Assembly: GCA_963814375.1 (NCBI GenBank)
Contig: CAWFCQ010000005.1
Location: 258,306-322,305, forward strand
Reading direction: 5' to 3'
Source of the DNA: an uncultured Chloroflexia bacterium
Lineage (GTDB): Bacteria; Chloroflexota; Limnocylindria; QHBO01
Length of the DNA stretch: 64,000 bases
The notes beneath the pieces are model-generated. The model saw only the letters and a program-made list of their open reading frames with translations, was not told the DNA's origin and searched no databases. Position 1 is the stretch's first letter, and every line of letters begins with the position of its first letter. The position numbers and the translations under genes are program-made. Below are positions 51,587-61,888 of the stretch, in pieces.

Positions 51587-52772
51587 TCAGCGCGGGCTGA
51601 CGAGCACTCGAACCATTCCGCGACCGTGCGAGAGCGGCGTCAGCGCCTTGCCGATGGTCGAACCGACGGCTCGGGCCAACTCGTCGACCCGTCGGGCGTG
51701 ACCGGGGGTTGACGATGTCGTGAGCAGATCACCCGGTTCGATCGGTCCTGGACGCCGCGTCGGCCAAGCACCACACCTTGCCGACGAGCGCGACGTTGAC
51801 CGCGCCTTCGTGACGATCGAGAACCACCGCCGGCGACACCCCACCGGCACCGGACACGATGCCGGCAACAGCGGCGTCGTACTCACGTCGACACGGCTCC
51901 ACCCGTCCGTCGCCTCCGATCACCACGACCGTGCCCGCATCCACACCTGGATCGGACGCAGTCAGCGCCTCGGCATAGTCGGCTCCAGCAAGGAACAAGT
52001 CACCGGTGACCTCGACATTGCCCTCGACGACGACGTTGCCGGCGAATCGCCCGGCCGGATTGCCCTGGCCGAAGATCCCGGGACCATTGTTTCCCAGCTG
52101 GAAGCCACACACCGCCGCCTTACCGGGTGCGTTGGCCACACCCTTGACCCCATCGCCCGTGGCCAACCCGTCTCCCCAGACCCCTGCGGATCCAACCTCC
52201 GCAGGAGCGTGGGTCTCGCCGTACACGCCGATCCACGCTGCACCCGTGCCGTGCACACCCACCACTCCCCGACCTTGCACCCCATTGCCCTTGATGCTCG
52301 AACCGAGTACCCCGGGTCCGCCACCTTCCTCAGCGAGGTGGTGACCCTCGACTCCGCCGCCACCAGCGACACGGGCGTGCCCCTTCACACCCGCTCCACC
52401 CGTCAGGCCTTCACCCCACACGCCCGCGGGACCGCCCTCGCTGCCATGCGTCTCGCCATAGACACCGATCCACGTGCGACCGACGCCAGAGACGCCGACC
52501 GGCCCATCCCCGCTGACACCATGCCCACCTGTCGTCGACTGGCTCGCGCCGAACACCCCATGCCACGTGGAGCTCTCTCCGAACACACCGGTCGCGGCAC
52601 TCCGACCGTGCACGCCGACTCCAGCTTGTGGCGTGGCGTTGTCGTTCACTCCCATCACACCGGCTCTCGCCGCCGCGTGACTCAAACCGTCGACACCGAC
52701 ACCGTTGGACGCCTCACCGCGAACGCCGGGCTCATCGACCCCGTCAGTGCTGCCAGTCAACCCAGTGCCCAC
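51587..52772 (-). CDS. GVxG-repeat fibre-like protein with C-terminal peptidase-G2-like autoproteolytic chaperone (indel ~51750)
   Basis: About 20 GVxG units, then GDL..GADYAE, GTVV, GIVS, ALVGKV, I.PGDLLTTS.TPGHA, IGKAL; AAGGAGG RBS. Confidence 0.75.
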
Positions 52773-52874
52773 GGTGCCTCCTTCGGGTCGTACTCGGCTG
52801 GCGAGAGTAACGACAGCTGTCCCGGAGTTCCGCGGTTAATCGACAGGGCGGTAGCGGACCGTACGCGCTGCTCG

Positions 52875-54056
52875 ATGATCCCGCCTTCCAGCTGACGGGC
52901 CCACATCTCCACGACATCGTCAGCCAAGCTCCATGCAAACCGGTCGATGGTTGTGGACGATGACGGCGTGTTCGAGCGCGTTGACTACCCACATGAGTCT
53001 CCGGCGACCGACGGACTGGCGCGGCTGCGCGGAGACGGGTGGTCGGCGTTTGTCAAAGTCGTGCGGTCCTTCCGTCACTGGCCACGCTGGGCCTCGCTGC
53101 CGCTCGAGGCGCGTGAGGTGCTCGGCGCCGAATCGGTGTGGCGCCAGGAAGTCGACTTGTACACCTCGGGCCTGGGGCGCGTGCTGCCAACGGGAATGCG
53201 CTTGCCCGGGCTGCTCGGCGTCGTCGACCTCGGCCACGACCGGCTGATGTTGGTGCTCGAGGACGTCGAGGTCGACCCGACGCCGTGGGACCAGGAGCGC
53301 TACGCGCGTGCGGCGCGGCTGCTCGGCCGGTTGAACGTGCGGCTGACCGAGACCGCCGGCCTGCCTCGTCGCTCGACCGAACGACCGGCGGAACTGGTCA
53401 ACATCATGTACACCAGCCGGCTGCTCCCGGTGGGGCTGCCAGCGCTGGCGGACGACACGATCTGGCGCCACCCCTTGCTGGCGGGTGAGGCGGAGCTGAG
53501 GGCCGATCTCGCCGAACTGGCGCGGCGCTTGCCCGCACTCGTCGAGGTCGCCAGTCGTCTGCCCCAACTGCAAAGTCATGGTGACGCCACACCACACAAC
53601 CTGCTCGTACCGAGGCGGGAGCCGGGCATGTTCGTCGTCATCGACTGGGCGATGGCCAGCCTGGCCGCCGCCGGCGACGACCTCGGCCAACTACTCGTCG
53701 GCCACGCCCACGACGGCGTCCTGGGCGCGGACGATCTTCCCGTGCTCCACGACTGGCTCGTGCACGCCTACGTCGCCGGGCTCGCGGATGAGGGCTACCG
53801 GCTCGACGAGGACGTCGTACATGTCGGCATGAACACCGGGTTGTCGGTGCGCAGCGCATTCACCGCCCTACCGCTGGACCGCCTCGGGGAACCAATCACC
53901 GACGATCTCGCCGCGGCGGTCGCCGGACGCATCGAGCTCACGCGCTACCTCGTCGACCTCGGCCTGCAGATCGACCTCGAGCGCGCGACTCGAAACAACC
54001 CACGTTTAGCGGCGCGCGAAATGCGCGGCAGCTCTCTGCGAGCATCCCTGCAGTGA
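52875..54056 (+). CDS. APH/choline-kinase-like phosphotransferase (5' indels)
   Basis: FVK, LVLED, HGDATPHNLL (Brenner motif), IDW. Confidence 0.8.
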
Positions 54057-54583
54057 GTGACCTCGTGATCGTGACCGGTCCTCCCGGCGCCGGCAAGTCG
54101 AGCGTCGCGGCCGTGTTGGCGGACCGCCGTAGCCCCAGCGTCCTGGTCGAGGGCGACGAGTTCTTCCGGTTCCTGCGCCAGGGACGGATCGATCCATGGC
54201 TCGTCGAGTCACACCAGCAGAACCAGACCGTCACAGAAGCGGCCGCCGTGGCGACCGGACGGTTCGTCGCCGCTGGCTACTGGGCCGTCTACGACGGTGT
54301 GATCGGGCCATGGTTCGTGAGAGAGTTCGCCGCCGCAACCGGTCTCGACCGGCTCCACTACGCGGTGCTGCTCCCCGATGTCGAACGATGCGTCGAACGC
54401 GTCGACGTGCGCGTCGGGCACGGATTCCGCGACGAGCCGGCAACCCGTCGCATGCACGAGCAGTTCGAACGAGCCGAGGTGGCCACACGTCACGTGCTCC
54501 GAGACCCGTCCGAGGACATCGACGAACTCGCCGGCACGATCCACGCACTCGTCGAGGATGGCCACCTCGAACTCCGACTCTGA
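54053..54583 (+). CDS. P-loop kinase-like (AAA_33-type) protein
   Basis: TGPPGAGKS, VEGD.F, YDGV; GTGA overlap with the upstream gene. Confidence 0.85.
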   Translation: MSDLVIVTGPPGAGKSSVAAVLADRRSPSVLVEGDEFFRFLRQGRIDPWLVESHQQNQTVTEAAAVATGRFVAAGYWAVYDGVIGPWFVREFAAATGLDRLHYAVLLPDVERCVERVDVRVGHGFRDEPATRRMHEQFERAEVATRHVLRDPSEDIDELAGTIHALVEDGHLELRL

Positions 54584-54676
54584 GCGCTCAGCGCCTCTCG
54601 CTCGTGTCGACCGCGTCCTGCTGCATGACCCAGGAAGCAAGCTCGGGAGCATCGCCGAGCCCCATGTTGCTCATCG

Positions 54677-55288
54677 TCACGCGGTGGGCTGGAGCGGTGG
54701 GTGCTCGAGGACGCGGGGCCGGTACTCGACCAGCTGGATGCGGCCGTCGAAGTTGCGGTTGTCGATCATCTCGAGCGCCACGTCCGGGTAACCGTCGTAG
54801 ATGCGTTCTGCGCCCGTGGCGCCGGTGATCACGGGGAACATCACGACCCGGAAGCGATCAACGAGTCCGGCTCGCAGCAGCGACCGGCACAGGCTGAGGC
54901 TACCGATCGTGCTCATGGGGCCCGAGCCCGAGCCGCCCTCCTTCATCGCCCGGACCGCTTCGACCGCGTCATCGCGCACGAGCGTGGAATTGGGCCACGT
55001 GAGCGGCTCCTCGAGAGAGGCGGAGAACACCACCTTCGACGCTCGCGTGAGTCCGTCGACGGACGCCTGCTCGTCGGCGGTGAACTCGTCCGTTCCCGCG
55101 GGGGTCTCCCCGGCCGCGAATCCCGACATCAGCCGGTAGGTGTTCGCTCCCATCACGTAGGTGACCTCGGGTTGTTCACCCAGCCAGGCGAGGTACTCAG
55201 GCCCTTCGAGACCCCAGAAGCCGGGCCAGCCCTCCCCCGACGCGTAGCCGTCGAGGGAGGTGATGAAGTCGATGAGGAGTTCTGGCAT
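54677..55288 (-). CDS. dihydrofolate reductase/RibD C-terminal family protein
   Basis: FITSLDGY, MGANTY, GSLSL..SLL..GLVD, FPVI.G. Confidence 0.88.
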   Translation of the reverse strand: MPELLIDFITSLDGYASGEGWPGFWGLEGPEYLAWLGEQPEVTYVMGANTYRLMSGFAAGETPAGTDEFTADEQASVDGLTRASKVVFSASLEEPLTWPNSTLVRDDAVEAVRAMKEGGSGSGPMSTIGSLSLCRSLLRAGLVDRFRVVMFPVITGATGAERIYDGYPDVALEMIDNRNFDGRIQLVEYRPRVLEHPPLQPTA

Positions 55289-55419
55289 GGTTGTGTCCTT
55301 GTCCTTGGAGGTCAGGCAGCTGCACCTGCCTTCGCTATCACGGCGGCACGAGGATGGACGGGCGGCGAGCCGAGAACTCATCGGAGTGGTCAGCGTGTCG
55401 ATGCGGCTACCGTCGGCTC

Positions 55420-55821
55420 ATGACGATCCGGCGAGACGCGGTGAATCCGTGGAGTTGGTCACTGCAGCTGGGGTTCAACCAGGGCGAAGTGGTGGAAGGC
55501 GATCGCCGAACGCTCTACTGCGCGGGCCAGACTGCGATGTCCGCGGAGGGCCAGCCGCAGCACGCCGGCGACATGAGCGCGCAAGTATCGATGGCCGTTG
55601 ACAACCTGGAAGCAGTGCTCGGCGAGGCCGGGATGAGCCTGGCCAACGTGGTCCGGTTGAACATCTACACCACCGATGTCGACGAGTTCCTGGCCAACTA
55701 CGGATCCATGGTGGAACGCCTGCAGTCCGCTGGTGTCGCCCCGCCAGGCACACTTCTCGGCGTCGCCCGGCTTGCCTTTCCAGACCTGCTGGTCGAGATC
55801 GAAGCAACGGCCGTCGACTGA
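55420..55821 (+). CDS. RidA/YjgF family protein
   Basis: LYCAGQ, NLEAVL..AG..L.NVV, LVEIEATA. Confidence 0.88.
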   Translation: MTIRRDAVNPWSWSLQLGFNQGEVVEGDRRTLYCAGQTAMSAEGQPQHAGDMSAQVSMAVDNLEAVLGEAGMSLANVVRLNIYTTDVDEFLANYGSMVERLQSAGVAPPGTLLGVARLAFPDLLVEIEATAVD

Positions 55822-55888
55822 TTCTGGCGTGTCTCGATCACCCGGGACCCATTCGTGAGCTGACCATCGCCCCGAGATCGAGCGCGGA

Positions 55889-56320
55889 TCAACCGATCCT
55901 GGCGCCGTACACGTTGTCGACCGTCATCGTCATCAGCACTCGTCGATCGGACACCATGACGGAGCGATACTCATCCCAGTCCGGGTGTTCGCCAGCGGCA
56001 ATGCGGTAGTAGTCCACCAACGCCTCTACCTCGAGACCGTGGGGGTCGGTTCCTGGCCCGGTGAGGGTGGCCGTGCCCTCGGCGGTGGCCCACGCCCTGC
56101 CGTCTGCGCTGGTGACCTCCAGCGTGGCTCGTGGGTCCCGGCGCAGGTTCGCGGTCTTGGCACTCCCGGCGCTCATCGACACGTAGATGACACCGGCCCC
56201 CAGGTCGTAGAACGGCATGACGGGGGAAAGCTGGGGGCGGCCGTCCGACTTGATGGTCGCGAGGACGCCGAGGCGGCTCTCCACGAGCAGCGGGTGCGGA
56301 TCGAATGGTGTGGCGGTCAT
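55889..56320 (-). CDS. PPOX-class F420-dependent oxidoreductase
   Basis: [32 protein letters not shown]. Confidence 0.9.
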   Translation of the reverse strand: MTATPFDPHPLLVESRLGVLATIKSDGRPQLSPVMPFYDLGAGVIYVSMSAGSAKTANLRRDPRATLEVTSADGRAWATAEGTATLTGPGTDPHGLEVEALVDYYRIAAGEHPDWDEYRSVMVSDRRVLMTMTVDNVYGARIG

Positions 56321-56439
56321 GTCCGGGGCAACTGGTGACCAGATGCTGGATATTCCTGACGAGGAGTCTCCGGCGACGTCGCGACCGTGCCACCCGAGGC
56401 CTAGATCGACGGCGACGACAGACCGCTAGGGTCCGGGTC

Positions 56440-57875
56440 ATGACGCACCACGACCAGATCTACATCGACGGAACGTGGGTGGCCTCGACCGGAACCGGGA
56501 CGATTGACGTCTACGACTCCACCAATGGTGAGGTCATCGCCGCCGTGCCGGACGGGACCGCCGAGGATGTCGACCATGCGGCGAGGGCGGCGGCGGCCGC
56601 CTTCGAGTCGTGGTCCGCCACGACGCCGGAGGAGCGGGCCAAGTACTGCACGCGCATCGCCGAGGGCTTGCAGGCTCGTCTCGACGAGATCGCCACCGTC
56701 GTCACCCGTGAGGCCGGGATGCCCAAGTGGCTGAGCCAACTGGTGCAGGTCGGGTTGCCCGTCAACTCGTTCAACACCGCCGCTCAGGTCGCCGAGAGCT
56801 TCCCGTACGAGGAGCAGATCGGCAACAGCCTCGTCGTGCGCGAGCCGGTCGGCGTCGTGGGCGCGATCACGCCGTGGAACTACCCGCTGCACCAGATCGC
56901 GGCGAAGGTCGCCTACGCCATGGCGGCCGGGTGCACCGTCGTGCTCAAGCCCAGTGAGGTCGCCCCGCTCGACGCGTACATCCTCACCGAGATCATCGAC
57001 GAGGTCGGCCTGCCACCGGGCGTGTTCAACCTCGTCTGCGGGAGCGGCGCCGTCGTCGGCAACGCGATCAGCAGCCACCCGCTGATCGACATGGTGTCGT
57101 TCACCGGGTCGACGCGGGCCGGGTCGCAGGTGGCCGCCAACGCCGCGGCATCGATCAAGCGGGTCGCCCTCGAGCTGGGTGGCAAGTCGGCCAACATTCT
57201 CCTCGACGACCTCGACGACGAGCGCTTCGAGAAGGCGTTGCGCGACGGCGTCGGCAAGGCCTACCTCAACTCGGGGCAGACGTGCACGGCGCTCACCCGC
57301 ATGCTCGTGCCACGCGACCGCTTGGCCGAGGCCGAGCGGATCGCCGCCGACGAGGTCGAGCGCAACTACCAGCCGAGCAACCCCTTCGCAGACGGCGCTC
57401 GGCTCGGCCCGCTGTCGAGCCGGACGCAGGTCGAGCGGGTGACCGGCTACATCCAGACGGGGATCGACGAGGGCGCCAAGCTCGTCACCGGCGGTCCCGA
57501 GCGGCCCGAAGGCGAGGGCCTCGAAGGTGGGTTCTACGTCAAGCCGACGGTCTTCTCCGAGGTCACCAACGACATGACCATCGCCCGCGAGGAGATCTTC
57601 GGGCCGGTGCTGTCGATCCTGCCCTACGAGGGCGAGGACGACGCCGTACGCATCGCCAACGACACCGACTACGGGCTGTCCGGCGGCGTGTGGGCGCAGG
57701 ACCCCGATCGGGCCCAGCGCGTCGCCCGCGCGTCCGCACCGGCCAGATCGAGGTCAACGGAGGAGCGTTCAACCCCAACGCTCCGTTCGGTGGCTACAAG
57801 AAGTCTGGTTACGGACGAGAGTACGGCCGCCATGGCTTCGAGGAGTTCCTCCAGGTCAAGGCGATGCAGCTCTGA
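56440..57875 (+). CDS. aldehyde dehydrogenase (indel ~57730)
   Basis: [43 protein letters not shown]. Confidence 0.95.
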
Positions 57876-57878
57876 CCA

Positions 57879-58931
57879 TCAGTCGGATCCGAGATCCGAT
57901 GACCCGCTGACGAGGTCGTTCCAGCGGACGACGATCTGACCGTTGTGGTCCGGGAGCGGGAGGGCCGCTGCTTCTGCCTCAACGGCATTGCGGGCGGCGT
58001 GGGAGAGGCGGCGCCAGGTGTGGACCGTCACCGTTCCTCGGGCGCGCCGCCAGGTCCCGACGATGTCACCGTTGACGAGGACGGCGCCTGGCCAGACGCG
58101 AGGAGTCCACAGTTGGAGACGATTTTCGGGCTCGCGAACGAGGAGCCGGCGATGCTCCCCCTGGAGGAGGAAGTAGGTGTCGCCGCTGGGAAGGAGCCGG
58201 GCCGGTGCCGGCGGGAGGGCGGGTTCCCGGAAGGCAGGCTCGTCTTGAGCCAGGATCCATCCGTGTCCGATCGGTGTGGACACCGACGTCAACGACGGGG
58301 CCAGCGCTTCGAACGCCGCGTTCGCGCGCCGGGGTTCGATCCCCGCCCAGTCCGCGAACGAGTCCGCGGTCCCCGGACCGAAGACGTGCAGATATCGGCG
58401 GGCGAGCTCGACTCGGGCGTCGACGGGGTCGACGTCGGGACGCGGCACGGTCCAGATTGTCGGTGCTCGGGCACCGTCCCAGCGGATCAGAACCGTGCCC
58501 GTCGGCGCGGCATAGCGGAGCGCGTTGGGGTGAATGCCGATCCCACGTCCCGCCGCGCCGTAGTTCATCGTCCGACCGGCGAGGAACTCGTGGAGGCGAG
58601 CCGCCGTGTCTTCGGCTCGCCACAACGCCTTGGTGTCGTCAGGCAGCCTCCCGAGCGTGAACACGGCCCGGTCCTGTGCCGCCACCACGTACGTGCTGAA
58701 TCGCGGCCCCCACAACTGCACCAGCGACGGGTCCTCCCAGGCGGCCGGTCCGGTCCCCTCGACGCGAGCGTGGATCGACAGCACCGCGGCTCGGGGCATG
58801 CTGTCCTGCAGCCCCGCCCACGCCGCCCGCCGCAGGGAATGGGCGCCAGGCGGGAGCCGCTCGTCGAGCGCCCCAACTCGCCTCCGGAACGAGAGGATCT
58901 GCGGCCGGGTGAGGACAAGACTCGACGTCAC
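57879..58931 (-). CDS. AlkZ-family (HTH_42) interstrand-crosslink DNA glycosylase-like protein
   Basis: GLQDS (QxD motif), LSIHARV, RRYL..FGP.T..FA.W.G, LLP..D.Y, G.VLV.G..VG.W. Confidence 0.8.
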   Translation of the reverse strand: MTSSLVLTRPQILSFRRRVGALDERLPPGAHSLRRAAWAGLQDSMPRAAVLSIHARVEGTGPAAWEDPSLVQLWGPRFSTYVVAAQDRAVFTLGRLPDDTKALWRAEDTAARLHEFLAGRTMNYGAAGRGIGIHPNALRYAAPTGTVLIRWDGARAPTIWTVPRPDVDPVDARVELARRYLHVFGPGTADSFADWAGIEPRRANAAFEALAPSLTSVSTPIGHGWILAQDEPAFREPALPPAPARLLPSGDTYFLLQGEHRRLLVREPENRLQLWTPRVWPGAVLVNGDIVGTWRRARGTVTVHTWRRLSHAARNAVEAEAAALPLPDHNGQIVVRWNDLVSGSSDLGSD

Positions 58932-59046
58932 TTCACGCCCCCGTCGGCACGTCGCGGCCGCGCGCTGTCGATCCGGGCGGGTGCACTTCGTGGTGATGTC
59001 GAGGATCGGCACCGAGCCGGCCCCGTCCCCCGACAAGGAGTTGGTC

Positions 59047-59586
59047 ATGACTCGCAAACTCATCGAATCGACGTTCGTCACGCTTGATGGCGTCATCGGT
59101 GATCCCCAGATCTGGGGGCCGCCCTACTGGGACGACGAGCACGCCGCCTACGCCGCCAAACTGCTCGACAACGTCGACACACTGTTGCTGGGCCGCGTCA
59201 CGTACGAAGTCTTCTCCGTCGCGTGGCCACAGCGTGCCGGTGACCCGTTCGCCGATCGGCTCAACGCGATGCCCAAGTACGTCGCGTCCCGCACCCTGCG
59301 CGACGCTTCCTGGAACGCCTCCATCCTCGACGCCGACGTCGCCGCCCGCGTCGCCGACCTCAAGGCGTCCGACGGCCAGGACATCTTGAAATACGGGACG
59401 GGCGAGCTCGATCGCACGCTGCTCGGGCACGACCTGATCGATGAGCTCCACCTGTGGATGTTCCCGGTCATCGCTGGCGGCGGGCAACGGCTCCTCGACG
59501 ATGTGGAGACCACCCACCTCGAACTGGTCGAGACGACCACGTTCCGCTCGGGCATCGTCGTACTCACCTACACACCCAAAGCGTGA
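59047..59586 (+). CDS. dihydrofolate reductase/RibD C-terminal family protein
   Basis: VTLDGV, LLGRVTYE, PKYVAS.TL, LIDE..L..FPVI.GGG. Confidence 0.88.
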   Translation: MTRKLIESTFVTLDGVIGDPQIWGPPYWDDEHAAYAAKLLDNVDTLLLGRVTYEVFSVAWPQRAGDPFADRLNAMPKYVASRTLRDASWNASILDADVAARVADLKASDGQDILKYGTGELDRTLLGHDLIDELHLWMFPVIAGGGQRLLDDVETTHLELVETTTFRSGIVVLTYTPKA

Positions 59587-59657
59587 CTCATCTGCGACAC
59601 CAGTCATCATCCCGCCGAGGTACCAATGATCGCACCAGCGGCGGTGCGGCCCACCGG

Positions 59658-60047
59658 TCACGGCGGTGCGTCAGTGACGCTGGGTGGTCCGGCGAATGGA
59701 TGATCGACGATGTACGCCCAGGCGCCGTCAACACGCCGGCGGAGCACTTCGGCGCTGGTTGCCGCCGCGATCCACGGCGCTGGCAGTGTTGGTGATCGTC
59801 CACGCCGCGGTCACGAGTGCGATGTCGTCGACGATCACGGTCGACCGATTTGCGACCGCATCGTTCCTCCCAGCGACAACAGGCCGGCGAGGTGCAGCCG
59901 ACGGGCGGCAGCGCTTTGGGCGATCGTGCCGTCCCGCTCAACGATCCGCGCATCGTCATCGAACAACGCAACGAGGGCGTCGAGGTCGCCTCGGTTGACG
60001 CCGTCGGCGAAGCGCTCATTGATCTCTGCCGGGTGACTCACTCCCAT
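59658..60047 (-). CDS. SnoaL/DUF4440 (YybH-like) NTF2-family protein (indel ~59850)
   Basis: FADGVNRGDLDALVALF, GDIAL, SAEVLRR..DG.W.YIVDHP. Confidence 0.75.
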
Positions 60048-60099
60048 GTGTCCACCGTGGTCGATGACAGGCGCGTCGTCAACGTGCCGACGCGGGCCG

Positions 60100-61143
60100 C
60101 TACGCCACCGTGGGCTGCAGCGCCAGCACGTTGAAGGCGCGCACCCAGTCGCTCTTGCCGGCGAGGCGCAGGCTGCCGAGATCTTGCGACTCGACGAGAT
60201 CTCGCACTTTGTCGTGGGTCGGCTCGTCGACGAGGATCTGACCAGGGCCGGCCGCCGTCTGCAGCCGTGACGCGACGTTCACCGGGTCGCCGATGACGGT
60301 GTAGTGCATTCGGCGCTCCGACCCGACGTTGCCGGCGATCACCTCGCCGGTCGTGACGCCGATGCCGAGGTGCAGTCGCACGCCCCGCAACGTCGGGATC
60401 TCGAGGCGCATGATCTCGCCCTGCATGGCGAGGGCGGATCGGACGGCCCGCTCGGGATCGTCGGCGTGGATCACCGGGGCACCGAAGCAGGCGATGATGC
60501 CGTCGCCGAGAAAGTCTGCGACCGTGCCCTCGTGACGCTCGACGGCATCAGTCACGACCGTCAGGTACCGGTTCAGCAGGTCCAAGATCGTCTCCGGCGG
60601 ATGCTCGGCGGCGAGCGCCGTGTAGCCGCGCACGTCCGCGAACAGCGTGGACACCTCACGCCGATCGCCGCCCAGCGAGACGGAGAACGGATCACGCAGC
60701 ACCTCCGTCGCGACGCTGGCGCTGACGTAGCGTCCCAGCAGGTCGGCGAGCCGATCCTGCAGCGCCTTCGTCCGCAGCAGCGAGCGCAGCCGCGCCGACA
60801 GCTCGCTCAGGTCGAACGGCTTGCTCAGGAAGTCGTTGGCCCCGGCCTCCAGGCCGCGCACCTTGTCCTCGGGACGGTCGAGGGCCGTGAGCAGCAGGAT
60901 GGGCAGGCCAGCGTGCTCGGGGTCGCGACGCACCCGCTGGCACACCTCGATGCCACCGGGCGCGGGCATCATCACGTCGAGGCAGACGAGATCGGGTTGG
61001 TGCTCGGCGATCGCACGGAGCGTGGACTCACCGTCGACCGCCTCGACGACGTCGTAACCCTCACGCGTCAGGAGCTTGTGGAGGAGGGCCAGGGTCGCGG
61101 GCTCGTCGTCCACGGCAAGGATCAGTGGCCGCTCACGGCTCAC
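60100..61143 (-). CDS. receiver-domain + class III nucleotide cyclase
   Basis: REC (VDD, LDVMMP, KP), then LFADVRGYT, FLGD, GEVIAG, YTVIGD.VN.ASRL. Confidence 0.92.
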   Translation of the reverse strand: MSRERPLILAVDDEPATLALLHKLLTREGYDVVEAVDGESTLRAIAEHQPDLVCLDVMMPAPGGIEVCQRVRRDPEHAGLPILLLTALDRPEDKVRGLEAGANDFLSKPFDLSELSARLRSLLRTKALQDRLADLLGRYVSASVATEVLRDPFSVSLGGDRREVSTLFADVRGYTALAAEHPPETILDLLNRYLTVVTDAVERHEGTVADFLGDGIIACFGAPVIHADDPERAVRSALAMQGEIMRLEIPTLRGVRLHLGIGVTTGEVIAGNVGSERRMHYTVIGDPVNVASRLQTAAGPGQILVDEPTHDKVRDLVESQDLGSLRLAGKSDWVRAFNVLALQPTVA

Positions 61144-61505
61144 GGCAGCAGGCCCCGAATGGTGTCGGCGAAGGTCGCGAAGTCGATCGGCTTGCTCAAG
61201 TACTCGTCGAACCCGGCCGCCAGCGCCCGTTCCCCGTCACCGACCATGGCGTGGGCGGTGAAGGCGACGATGCGCAGCCTGGCGACCGGACCTCGATCCG
61301 CACGGAGCTCGCTCAGCGCCTGCCAGCCGTCCATGTCCGGGAGCCCGAGATCCATGAGCACCAGGTCAGGGAGCTCCTGGCGAGCCAATGCCATGCCGTC
61401 GGCGGCAGTGTCGGCGGAGAGCACGTCGTGCCCGGCCGCTTGCAGCAGCTTGGTGGCCAGCGCCCTGTTCGCCGGAGTGTCCTCGATCACAAGGATCGTC
61501 GCCAC
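61140..61505 (-). CDS. single-domain response regulator (DivK-like)
   Basis: IED, MDLGLP, TAHAM.GD, KPI. Confidence 0.9.
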   Translation of the reverse strand: MATILVIEDTPANRALATKLLQAAGHDVLSADTAADGMALARQELPDLVLMDLGLPDMDGWQALSELRADRGPVARLRIVAFTAHAMVGDGERALAAGFDEYLSKPIDFATFADTIRGLLP

Positions 61506-61888
61506 TACCGCTGAGCCTCCCGTGCGGCGGCGCCATCGTCGAGCATGCGCAGGAGCCGGACCTGCTGGACCGGCTTGCTCAGGTAGCCGTCGACGCCCTC
61601 GGGCAGGTCGCCCGGGTCCGCACCGGACAGCACGATCACGCGGATCGCGCTTGTCTCGGGGTCGCTCTTGAGCTCGCGCAGGATGTCCAGCGCGTCGGGT
61701 CCTTGGAGGCGGACGTCGATCAGGATCGCGGCGGGCTTCCCGCGCCGCGCGTCCTCGACCGCGGTCCTCGCGCTCTGGGAGGCGACCACGCGGTACCCGT
61801 GGCCGCTGACCATCTTCTGCAGCACGTGGACGACCGAGGGATCGTCGTCCACGCAGAGCAGCAGGCGCTCACCGTCAGGGGCCGCCAC
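61505..61888 (-). CDS. single-domain response regulator
   Basis: VDDD, LIDV.L, LS, KPV. Confidence 0.85.
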   Translation of the reverse strand: MAAPDGERLLLCVDDDPSVVHVLQKMVSGHGYRVVASQSARTAVEDARRGKPAAILIDVRLQGPDALDILRELKSDPETSAIRVIVLSGADPGDLPEGVDGYLSKPVQQVRLLRMLDDGAAAREAQR

